Shown here piece after piece: positions 35,101 through 43,500 of a stretch of DNA of 64,000 nt. The stretch is from NCBI GenBank assembly GCA_048128005.1, contig JBEUKZ010000075.1, forward strand, positions 62,001-126,000, given 5' to 3'. Both the position numbers and the translations under genes were made by a program. The stretch's first letter is position 1; each line of letters opens with the position of its first letter. Origin of the DNA: Veleropilina oligotropha (lineage: Eukaryota). The notes beneath the pieces are model-generated. The model had not been told where the DNA came from, made no database searches, and saw nothing but the letters and a program-made list of their open reading frames with translations.

Positions 35101-36921
35101 ATTAGTTCTTCTGATTCTTTTATGGTCTTTTTCCATTTCCCTGCCTTTAGCATCTGCTCTCTTTTTTTCCTTTTCCTTTTCTTTATTACCCTCAATTTCC
35201 CTCCATTGCTTTTTTTTCATTCTATTATAATCCAGCTTACTTTGTTCCTTTACATAATTTTCAGGACTTTCTTCCTTATTTGGTTTCCCTTTTTTGCTAG
35301 CCATCAAAGTAATCTGATTGTTAATTTCTTTATTCAACTGTTCAGAATGAAAATTGATGCGTGGAAGTGACTTCTGAGTATTTTCTACATCTAAAACAAC
35401 CTCAAAGTGATCTAAATTCCTATGGTACAGGTAAATACTTTGAGGGTTTGTAAAGCAGGTACTTTCAGGAGATGTTGGTGAATATTCAAACCACTGATAA
35501 GCAGGTGCGTCTTGTGCCTGTGAGCAAACATATATTGATGTTTGGAGAAGATGTGCAGTGGCAAATATTTCTGCTTGAGTTGCCCAGGTCATATTTTTAC
35601 TCATGTTAGACTTTTTCAAATATTCATCAACTGTCACGTTACCTCTCGCATTGATAAAGCCTTGAAAATATGTTGGGTGAGCTTTCATGTGTTGAACAAC
35701 ATATGTCCTAATAACACCGTGTCCCCTTTGATTTCCTGTTATAACAAAAGATATGCAACGGAAAAAACAATTTCCATCACCGATTATAGACTGCACCTGT
35801 TGTGGTTTGGAAATTTTCTTTTTTACGTAAGTGGCATTGAAGACAATGTGGCAATGAAGGTTGAGCCGACTGCACATTTCTTTTTGCCACAATGCTCGAA
35901 CAGGAATGAAGTACTGTTGTGTTGTATCAACACCAGTTATTCTGACCGTATTCACATTCTTTTTTTTAGCTTCTACTGTTGTTGTACAAACAGCAGAGGT
36001 AGTTGTAGCCGATCCTGTTGATTTACATATAGGTACTGAATTTGCTCGTTCAGATTCTTCTGTTGTTTTACAAACAGCAGTGGTTGTTGTAGCTGATCTT
36101 GTAGATTTACATGTAGGTACTGCGGTTGTAGCTGATCTTGTAGATTTACATGTAGGTACTGCGGTTGTAGCTGATCTTGTAGATTTACATGTAGGTACTG
36201 CGGTTGTAGCTGATCTTGTAGATTTACATGTAGGTACTGCGGTTGTAGCTGATCTTGTAGATTTACATGTAGGTACTGCGGTTGTAGCTGATCTTGTAGA
36301 TTTACATGTAGGTACTGCGGTTGTAGCTGATCTTGTAGATTTACATGTAGGTACTGCGGTTGTAGCTGATCTTGTAGATTTACATGTAGGTATTGACGGG
36401 GTAGCTGATTTACAAAAAATACCGGTAATATGATTTTGCTTTTTTGGATATGGTTTATTACAAACAGTAGTGGTAGTTGTAGCCAATTCTGTTGTTTTAC
36501 AAATAGGTACTGAATTTACTCCTTCAGATTCTTCTGTTGTTTTACAAACAGCAGAGGTAGTTGTAGCTGATCTTGTAGATTTACATGTACGTACTGACGG
36601 GGTAGGCAATTTACAAAATTTACCGGTAATATGATTTTGCTTTTTTTGATAGGAGGCAAACCTATGTTGACAAATTGCACAGTATGGACACCGGTGAGAT
36701 ATGTATGTCTTTTCACTTCTGAAGTTTTTTAAACAGAGCTTACATTTCTTAGTTTGCTGTTCACAGCTATGTTTTGTGTAATTTTCCTTTCTCGTGAATC
36801 CTTTTTTACAAACTTTACAAATCCATTTATCACGGTTATTCAGTTGTGATTCCATATTTCCATTATAGGCATGGGCTCCTCGATTTGTCAGCAAATAGTG
36901 GATACCTGAAAGACAAGACAA
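29185..36921 (-). CDS. Helentron RepHel polyprotein: C2H2/C2HC zinc fingers, OTU cysteine protease, HUH Rep (Y2), PIF1-like SF1B helicase, APE-type endonuclease (first ATG 36855, 2556 aa)
   Basis: OTU GDGNCFFR...DHFE (~35390-35790); Rep WFMSFS, VEFQMRGSPHIHMLAW (HUH ~32854-32862), YVVTYIAK; Walker A GGAGVGKT (~31203-31228), IIDEISM, GDLFQL, HRCQG, YVGLSR; EN HNVRSL, LAET, GDFN, LD, SDH. No internal stops. Confidence 0.96.
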   Translation of the reverse strand: MSCLSGIHYLLTNRGAHAYNGNMESQLNNRDKWICKVCKKGFTRKENYTKHSCEQQTKKCKLCLKNFRSEKTYISHRCPYCAICQHRFASYQKKQNHITGKFCKLPTPSVRTCKSTRSATTTSAVCKTTEESEGVNSVPICKTTELATTTTTVCNKPYPKKQNHITGIFCKSATPSIPTCKSTRSATTAVPTCKSTRSATTAVPTCKSTRSATTAVPTCKSTRSATTAVPTCKSTRSATTAVPTCKSTRSATTAVPTCKSTRSATTAVPTCKSTRSATTTTAVCKTTEESERANSVPICKSTGSATTTSAVCTTTVEAKKKNVNTVRITGVDTTQQYFIPVRALWQKEMCSRLNLHCHIVFNATYVKKKISKPQQVQSIIGDGNCFFRCISFVITGNQRGHGVIRTYVVQHMKAHPTYFQGFINARGNVTVDEYLKKSNMSKNMTWATQAEIFATAHLLQTSIYVCSQAQDAPAYQWFEYSPTSPESTCFTNPQSIYLYHRNLDHFEVVLDVENTQKSLPRINFHSEQLNKEINNQITLMASKKGKPNKEESPENYVKEQSKLDYNRMKKKQWREIEGNKEKEKEKKRADAKGREMEKDHKRIRRTNVDVRKVENENKRADAKGREKERDYERIRRTNVDVRKVENENKRAYVTGREMEKDHKRIRRTNVDVRKVENENKRADAKGREKERDYERIRRTNVDVRKVENENKRAYVKGREMEKDHKRIRRTNVDVRKVENENKRAYVKGREMEKDYKEHMRMDFEFRFEENKRKRESIHSREIEREIKRVKRSNSREKQIQNKMKRDSFDNRYREKEHKQLKRSDNVYKKHEKEQHHRKQSEATTEDLIQSFHNSVHDGPTYICTCCDQLWYRYSVKLARSVQTKDMQFASKVITNVKSENDQEWICLTCLTYVKRQKIPPLCKANLSFPQKDPILNITNLEERLIAPRIPFMQLHELPRGGQISLTGNVVNVPANIYSTITRLPRNCNDNECIPLKFKRKISNTHCVNFQTVRPNIVIKAISYLINNGDLYKEEGITMNENWDDTSVNEDPSINNKINEQPHSDHACHATNVENVNSENLPDNNTWDETSPEQQPAGTLDTMLQEENVLTGDSEVLSIAPGEGNHPISMFTDKYAEELSFPTIFCGQKRKVLQRISYNDICKSELRRSDRRVASHIPNLFFKLKKLQTKHIFEKSNLILRKSKGRVNKTAGELKSPENIKKLCHLDEGYKLFKDLRGSPPYWEKTKKDLFAMLRILGIPTWFMSFSSAETRWIHLLQILSQTVNGIVLSQEEVLKLTFFEKSELIRKDPVTCSRHFQHQVKQLIYCVLLGSHNPVGKIKDFFYKVEFQMRGSPHIHMLAWVENAPQLPSDDKDVSEEVENEVVSFVDTYVSCERDDSMDSLIGLQEHNHTRTCRKKGKDVCRFNYPIPPMPHTCILKPLEETHFLDEVKLHEGNWKKVTKKLNEFKKETLMIMTFEELISSLELTEEEYFLAVRSSISSKKLFLKRNVHETRLNAYNETLLKCWRANIDIQFVLDAYACAVYVVTYIAKSQRGMSNLLYHAVQEAKQGNNDICQQVRSVGFKFLNHVEISAQEAVYFILQMPLKHASTEVVFVNTSPQESRVVMLKTSSIIQQLPDDSTEIETTSLLTRYSERPKSLETVCLADFCSKYKVAYKKRWSGKHESEPEEDIDDGVADEDPSNLKLCDGNVLKLRRKPAVIRYVRYQQSHDQENYFREILLLFHQWRHEESIIGDSKSYTEKFLTIQNDSQIETKMHEYNHNSVEMEKAVDTLKSMLEEQLKVGWNEVAPQTEHTEQQDEETGEKDSTEYNILAPLSEDVAQYSEFSNTVSASKVELIKNCLPDEEYYSLVKSLNVDQKRFFTYILHTFKTTDKPIYTFLSGGAGVGKTVVVKAIYQSLLRYFNSRAGSNPDQPKVLLGAPTGKAAYLIKGNTLHSLFSIPASQGFSYTPLTSDKLNTMRSKFSEVKLVIIDEISMVGNHMFAFINNRLQQVMGSSKIFGGVSILAVGDLFQLKPVFDGWIFSNLFREYGPIAANIWKENFSMFELNQIMRQKDSKLFAELLNRFRENKQTASDVELLNKNLIETDLSHPEYPLSVPHIYLTRKEVENHNSLVCENQFSKKVTNRALDVVVGDITHEIMDRILSNIPEDASKTMNLNTEVKTAIGIRNELTCNVDVEDGMANGAPCVLMAVGPKDKCGRYFHMWVKFEDDNMGKTCRQENKKLYNKHIDPSWTPLLRIKRQFGVGRYKSAQVMRDQFPIRCATAKTLHRCQGDTMTQLVVDFSGRQFPHAHYVGLSRITKLENLKIRNLNIMKTKVDKDVVKEIERLRKDPICLCCPLQNSSGTRIIFHNVRSLRKHFPDIVHCEHYSMADINILAETKLTSKDNSEIYKIPGYSLQRYDSSVCKHYGLATYIKCGTLVHLASYIHSKGTSYIETVIIDLNHMETQSLLTVVGIYVSPKTSVACLKEFLTDLNYRLAVKNVPYIILGDFNVNLFNIDSHYILDILHCDQLVKEVTTDFTSLLDLILVSKDFNQQSVSCGVLESYFSDHKAVYISFPMLCGL
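34655..35165 (-). repeat. In-frame 93-bp (31-aa) charged repeat, ~5.5 copies, in RepHel
   Basis: KGREMEKDHKRIRRTNVDVRKVENENKRADA-type units. Confidence 0.9.
36087..36391 (-). repeat. In-frame 39-bp (13-aa, TCKSTRSATTAVP) near-perfect repeat, ~8 copies, in RepHel
   Basis: TGCGGTTGTAGCTGATCTTGTAGATTTACATGTAGGTAC repeated identically. Confidence 0.95.
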
Positions 36922-38959
36922 AAATATGTAAATGAAGATACCATATAGATTATGTACATAAAATGAAAGACAATAATAAGCGGACAGGTGTATAATGCAT
37001 ATTGTGTAACATCATGTGCAAAGTGCAAAACAGATTGCGAGTTGAAAACCGAAAACAGGCCATATAAACTATAATGACAGTCGCCCGTCACAGCATTGTG
37101 TCCCACTTTCTGGGGCCTTGTCACAAAAATGAACAAGTGCTATAGATATAGCGGGACCCACCGCGGAAAAGTGTATTGTTAACATACACAAAACATTGTT
37201 AGGGAAATACTTTTGAAGGTAATTGAAGCTACCTATTTAAACTTAAATTTCAGCTTTTCAAATAGGGCCTTGTTCAACCCCAATTTTTTGTTTCTTCTCA
37301 ATTTTGGTCTTATATCAATGTTTAACATGTATACTTTACATCTAAAAAGTATTGCGATGCATATTCATCTAATAAATGCATGTAAGAAAAACTCAACCAA
37401 AAACTTTAACCGATTTCCTTTTTTCTTGAAAAAGTCTATGTTCAAATACATCATTTTACAATATAAATTAAAAAAATATATATATTTAAATTTGGGTCTT
37501 AAATGAAATATTATGATGTCTATCATTCATATGAAAAGGTTTTGTATTGATATCCCTTCAATAAATGCATGTAACTCATCAACCAAAAACTGTAACCGAA
37601 AGTGTGACCGGAGGCTATCCCTATATACCCCTTCGGCTTTTTCCTTCGGAAGCAGCGGGGAATAACAAAGGGTGGCAACTCCAAAAGTATTGAAGCAAGA
37701 GTTGTCGTTCTTGTGTGCGACACACCTTTGCATTGATAGCTATGATGTGTAAAGTTACGTCAAAATATTCCATACGGTTTCGCACTTATGCTGCGCGAGT
37801 GAACCCAAAAGTGTGTGCGGAGGCGGATGAGGCACGGCGGAAGTGGCGGCGGCGGATGCGGTGAGACGTCAAATCCATAGTATCCCTCCCCCCACACTTT
37901 TGTCCTGGGGATACAATTAATGTATTTCATGACTTACTAATGAACCTGGTACTATCATGGAAATTAAGATGCCACCTAGAAGCATACATCACATGGGGAA
38001 TTAGAAAGTAAATTTATCACCTTGCCAAGGCTTGGTGGCTAAATTGCGACTCATAAATGTTATATGAAATGAAAATTTGTCCGACAACATTTTCAAGAAT
38101 TAACAGTTTGTAACCTGTTTAATGGATGTATTTTCTATATGAAATACATACATAATCTACTATTCATAGTTAAAGACATAGTATCAACAGGCTACAACAA
38201 TGACAATGACATGCATGCAATGACATTTACAGGAGCTGAATTGACATTTATTATCAAGATGTAAATAAAGTTCTTATTTTAATATTAGTGTGAAAAATAA
38301 TAGCCTAAATCGATTTTCATACGCTAAATAATTACATAACACACAAATAAACACTTAATGTTCAACTTACATAATGTGGGCATCAGATTGAAGATGGACT
38401 GCACAGCCAATGTCACAAGTTCCTTCCATGTTGATGAATGAAAACGAGGCTAACAGGGGCGACAACTCAACTAGCAGTTGATTTTCCATGGCCATTAGTT
38501 TTCTTCCAGCAGTTTTTGTGAATTTTTTTATGGCCATAACTTTTTTTATAGCAAAACAAATATTGTTGTGGACTACTTTCATTGCTATAACATTGGATTT
38601 TTCCTCCCATGTTCAGTGTAATTGATTTTCCATGGCCATTAATTTTCCTTCTGCAGTTCATGTGCAATTGCAGGACAATTTTATTACCAAACTATTTTCA
38701 TGGGCATTAGATGTTCATGTTTCATGGCCTTTAATCATAATGCTACATAAATTCATGATTGTTGAAAAGATTTATGAGCACGACAGGAATGTTTCATGGG
38801 CATGTTATGAGATTTTGATGGGAAAATAATGGAAACATGTTGGCATATCATAGCATCATAAAAAATATTCAAAACATTTTCATGGCATGTTTTCATGGGT
38901 TCATGGTATTTTGATAGGAATTTAATGTCATTTTTATGGAAAGAACTTCGGGTAGTGAT

Positions 38960-40340
38960 TCAATACTGAAAATGCATTTTTTGTGACAGTTTGTGACATT
39001 AACCTGAATTTTTAATTAAAAAAAGAGGAATAATTTGTTGCAAGGTCACATAATGACATCAAACAAGTGTATGAACTTTCAAGGCTGTAGTGTGGACAGT
39101 TTGTGAGAAAAGGCCCTTCATGCAAAACATTAACCTGAATTATCTAAGTCGAAAAATGGAAATAATTTGGTAAAAATGAAGCTAGAGTTATGGCCCTTGT
39201 ATTGCAAGTTCGCATAATGATGTGACAAGCGTATGAAGTTTCAAGGCTGTAGTGTGAACAGTTTGTAGAAAAGGCCCTTCATGCAAAATGTTAACCTGAA
39301 GTTGACTTTGTGAGAAAAGGCCCTTCATGCAAAACATTAACCTGAATTGTGTAAGTCGAAAAAGGGGAATAATTTGGTAAAATAACGAAGCCAGATTTAT
39401 TACGCCTGTAATGTAAGGTCGCATAATGACGTTGAACAAGTGTATGAAGTTTGAAAGGTGTAGTGTGAAAAAATTGTGAGAAAAGACCCTTCATGCAAAA
39501 CATTAACCTGACTTGTCTAAGTCGAAAAAGGGGAATAATTTGGTAAAATAACGAAGCCAGATATATTACGCCTGTAATGTAAGGTCGCATAATGACGTTG
39601 AACAAGTGTATGAAGTTTGAAAGGTGTAGTGTGAAAAAATTGTGAGAAAAGACCCTTCATGCAAAACATTAACCTGACTTGTCTAAGTCGAAAAAGGGGA
39701 ATAATTTGGTAAAATAACGAAGCCAGATTTATTACGCCTGTAATGTAAGGTCGCATAATGACGTTGAACAAGTGTATGAAGTTTGAAAGGTGTAGTGTGA
39801 AAAAATTGTGAGAAAAGACCCTTCATGCAAAACATTAACCTGACTTGTCTAAGTCGAAAAAGGGGAATAATTTGGTAAAATAACGAAGCCAGATTTATTA
39901 CGCCTGTAATGTAACGTCGCATAATGACGTTGAACAAGTGTATGAAGTTTGAAAGGTGTAGTGTGAAAAAATTGTGAGAAAAGACCCTTCATGCAAAACA
40001 TTAACCTGACTTGTCTAAGTCGAAAAAGGGGAATAATTTGGTAAAATAACGAAGCCAGATTTATTACGCCTGTAATGTAAGGTCGCATAATGACGTTGAA
40101 CAAGTGTATGAAGTTTGAAAGGTGTAGTGTGAAAAAATTGTGAGAAAAGACCCTTCATGCAAAACATTAACCTGACTTGTCTAAGTCGAAAAAGGGGAAT
40201 AATTTGGTAAAATAACGAAGCCAGATTTATTACGCCTGTAATGTAAGGTCGCATAATGACGTTGAACAAGTGTATGAAGTTTGAAAGGTGTAGTGTGAAA
40301 AATTTGTGAGAAAATACCCTTCATGCAAAATGTTAACCTG
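38960..40340. repeat. 166-bp satellite-like tandem array inside the Helentron 5' region
   Basis: The period is shown by identical ORFs at 39517, 39683, 39849, 40015 and 40181; about 6 near-identical and 2 diverged units. Confidence 0.95.
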
Positions 40341-40499
40341 AAGTTTGACGCCGACGCCAACGCCGACGCCAACGCCGACGCCGACGCCGACGCCGACGAC
40401 AGGGTGACTGCAATAGCTCGTACTATTTTAGAATAGTCGAGCTAAAAACAACATTTGTATGATTCCACCGTCAGTTTCTTTTTAGTAGAAATCAAACAG

Positions 40500-41553
40500 A
40501 ACAAGCGCATCCGATAGGAAGCATAGCTGAGCCGCAGTGTCCACTCTCAACAAGCGCACCCGAGAGGAAGCATAGTTGAGCCGCAGTGCCCACTCTCAAC
40601 AAGCGCACCCGAGAGGAAGCATAGTTGAGCCGCAGTGCCCACTCTCAACAAGCGCACCCGAGAGGAAGCATAGTTGAGCCGCAGTGTCCACTCTCAACAA
40701 GCGTACCCGATAGGAAGCACAGTTGAGCCGCAGTGTCCACTCTCAACAAGCGCACCCGAGATGAAGCATAGTTGAGCCGCAGTGCCCACACTCAACAAGC
40801 GCACCCGAGAGGAAGCATAGTTGAGCTGCAGTGCCCACTCTCAACAAGGGCACCCGAGAGGAAGCATAGTTGAGCCGCAGTGTCCACTCTCAACAAGCGC
40901 ACCCGAGAGGAAGCCTAGTTGAGCCGCAGTGCCCACTCTCAACAAGCGCACCCGAGAGGAAGCATAGTTGAGTCGCAGTGCCCACTCTCAACAAGCGCAC
41001 CCGAGAGGAAGCATAGTTGGCCGCAGTGCCCACTCTCAACAAGCGCACCCGAGAGGAAGCATAGTTGAGCCGCAGTGCCCACTCTCAACAAGCGCACCCG
41101 AGAGGAAGCATAGTTGAGCCGCAGTGCCCATTCTCAACAAGCGCACCCGAGACGAAGCATAGTTGAGCCGCAGTGCCCACTCTCAACAAGCGCACCCGAG
41201 AGGAAGCATAGTTGAGCCGCAGTGCCCACTCTCAACAAGCGCACCCGAGAGGAAGCATAGTTGAGCCGCAGTGCCCACTCTCAATAAACTTAATTTGATC
41301 TTTCTACGTTGACCGAGTCCAGAGATATGTTTGTTTATGTATTTTACACTTATTTGACTTCGGTGACCTTGACCTTTGACCTCATAAATCAATCAGTAGT
41401 TAGATATCCACTCATATATCATATATATGAAGTTTCGTGGCTATATGTTTTGAATTGACCATGTTATGCCATGTAAAGTTACTTGGACATACACCACCAC
41501 CACCACAGACAACCTCAATACACTAGTTTCTCCGTAAACGGCTCAACTAAAAA
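40500..41553 (-). mobile_element. HINE whose terminal 49 bp are amplified ~16x (40500-41284)
   Basis: Unit CAACAAGCGCACCCGAGAGGAAGCATAGTTGAGCCGCAGTGCCCACTCT contains the AACAAG terminus and subTIR TAGTTGAGCCG, whose partner CGGCTCAACTA is at 41539-41549. The body has GTGACCTTGACCTTTGACCT. Confidence 0.85.
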
Positions 41554-41837
41554 CAATACCGAGTATCGCATCTAGACAGCCAGCCAGAGCTCTTCCACCA
41601 AATAGTTGTAACAGGTAAAACAAATATACCGGTTACCGGTACTCTGGAATATATCATAAACTAAATTTGAAAAAGGAAAATAACACATTTTCTTATAGTT
41701 TTTCTGTCCCTTATTACTTGAGTGTTGAGGAGACAAAATTGTTGTAGAACACAATCTAATATTTAATAATTTTCATAATGTATGCATTATTCTGCCATTG
41801 ATAGTAAAATATTTTTCTTGAGTGTAATAAAGTATAT

Positions 41838-42180
41838 ACAGTGGTAGATGCACTGGCCTCTCATCGAGAGGTTTGGGGTTCAATCCCTGATCTCGGCGAA
41901 TTTCCTTGGGCAAGGAATTTAGCATATATATGTGCCTCGGTTTCACCCAGCCGATCTGAGATCTGAGTGGGTACCTGGTAGGCAGTGACGAAATTGTCAT
42001 TTACGTCAGACTAGTCTGATGCGCCTATAAATGGCAGCTCGGCTGTAATACTCTCAGAGAGAGTTGAGATAGAATCTCGAAAAGAACAGGCCGTTAACCA
42101 GGGAATAATAATGATGTCTGCGCCACGAGCAATCACCTAGTGTTTGGAACTGTGCGCATTACAAGATGACTATTATTATA
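41838..42180 (+). mobile_element. CORE-type tRNA SINE (same family as 9574-9912)
   Basis: Near-identical body (CCGATCTGAGATCTGAGTGGGTACCTGG...GAACAGGCCGTTAACCAGGG); the 3' tail has diverged. Confidence 0.85.
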
Positions 42181-42794
42181 TATATATTATACATAATATA
42201 TTTAACTTTATTACACTCATTAGGGATTTAGTCCAATTGCAGATAGGTCTCTGTATGCTTGCAGCTGTCTTTTCACATTAGAATAATAGAAAGGTCATTC
42301 TCGCTTATAAAATCAATTTTTATCCGGTTTCGCGCCTGAATTAGATTTATTTATGAGAAGTGCCCTAGATTTAACGTGATAGATGAATGAATGAAGTGGA
42401 TGACGTCAATCCAATAACATCGATTGTTGCCATGGTTACGGAGCCATGACGACGGCTCTAGATCATCGATATATCTACATGTAATTATTGCACCGACTCA
42501 GGCATGCTCATGATGTTCACAGCTCTCTGAATAATTTGACAGCTCAAGAACTCGGATGACAGAACAAAAAAATTCAACAGACAACAAACATCTACAGGTG
42601 ACATAACGTGATCGATATTGTGAACAAAATTACACATCTTTAACAAATAAATTAAACAAATAATATTTTCAACAATACAATACTATACAGGTGAAGATTA
42701 TGTATAATTATATAGATTAGTAGCATATTGTGCTCTTTGATGTTGAAAACGAAGTTACTGAAAATCCAATACAGTTCTTCTTTGTAATAATAAT

Positions 42795-43500
42795 AACTAG
42801 CGAATCCTCGACCCAGCAAGTCTAGGGGATGTATCCCCTCCCACGGTAGAAAAAATCATTAGGCGCCATGTCCTCATCATACCAAATGTGTATACATATC
42901 TAATTTGAATCAAATCGGATACTAGCTTTTCATTGTAGAGTGCAGTCACAAGCAATCTCTCAAAGAAAATAGTCGCCACTGTAGCCATCTTGAATCTGAA
43001 ATCGACGAAAATCGCTAGGCAGTGTTTCCTCATCATAACTAACACGCATACCAAATTTGAATCAAATCGGATTAAAATATTTCACTGTAAAGCGCATACA
43101 TGAAATCTCTTTAGATAAACAAAATGGCCGCCACGGCAGCCATCTTTGATCTAAATATGACAAAAATCGTTAGGCGACGTGTCCTCATCATAACTAACTT
43201 GCACAGTATACCAAATTTGAATCAAATCGGATAAGAACTTTTCACTGTAGAGTGCGCATAAGAATTCTCATCAAAGAAAATGGCCGCCTTGGTGGCCATC
43301 TTGAATATTGAATCCAAAACCGACGAAAATCGTTAGGCGGTGTGTCCTCATCATAACTAACACGAATACCAAATTTGAACCAAATCGGATTAAAAATGTT
43401 CACTGTTGAGCACGCACAAGAACTCTCTCCCACGTCTTTGATCCGAAAATGACGAAAATCGTTAGGTGGCGTGTCCTCATCATAACTGACGCGCGTCACA
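42795..43500 (-). mobile_element. Truncated HINE with ~150-bp tandem units (family of 22850-23910)
   Basis: AACTAG end and GTCCTCATCATAACTAAC...CCAAATTTGAATCAAATCGG units. Confidence 0.75.

Larger units (their letters stand above)
28727..40448 (-). mobile_element. Full-length autonomous Helentron (Helitron2-type rolling-circle transposon)
   Basis: 3' end: CTTGTT plus hairpin GCTGTC/GACAGC (28734-28750) plus subTIR GCTCGACTAT (28753-28762). 5' end: T-tract, matching subTIR ATAGTCGAGC (40433-40442) in a palindrome with 40415-40427, and (GACGCC)n at 40347-40400. It encloses an intact RepHel-EN ORF. Confidence 0.9.

Noticed and set aside
30217..36716. Plus-strand and alternate-frame ORFs overlapping RepHel (e.g. 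34588-35370, 35861-36433)
   Set aside because: Antisense shadows of the long ORF and of its in-frame repeats.
39188..40372. Series of 84-aa ORFs
   Set aside because: Translations of the 166-bp satellite monomer, with non-ATG starts.
40500..41284. CRISPR-like array (also considered for 559-1620, 52253-52590 and 63076-63248)
   Set aside because: The units are contiguous with no unique spacers, there are no cas genes, and the context is eukaryotic.
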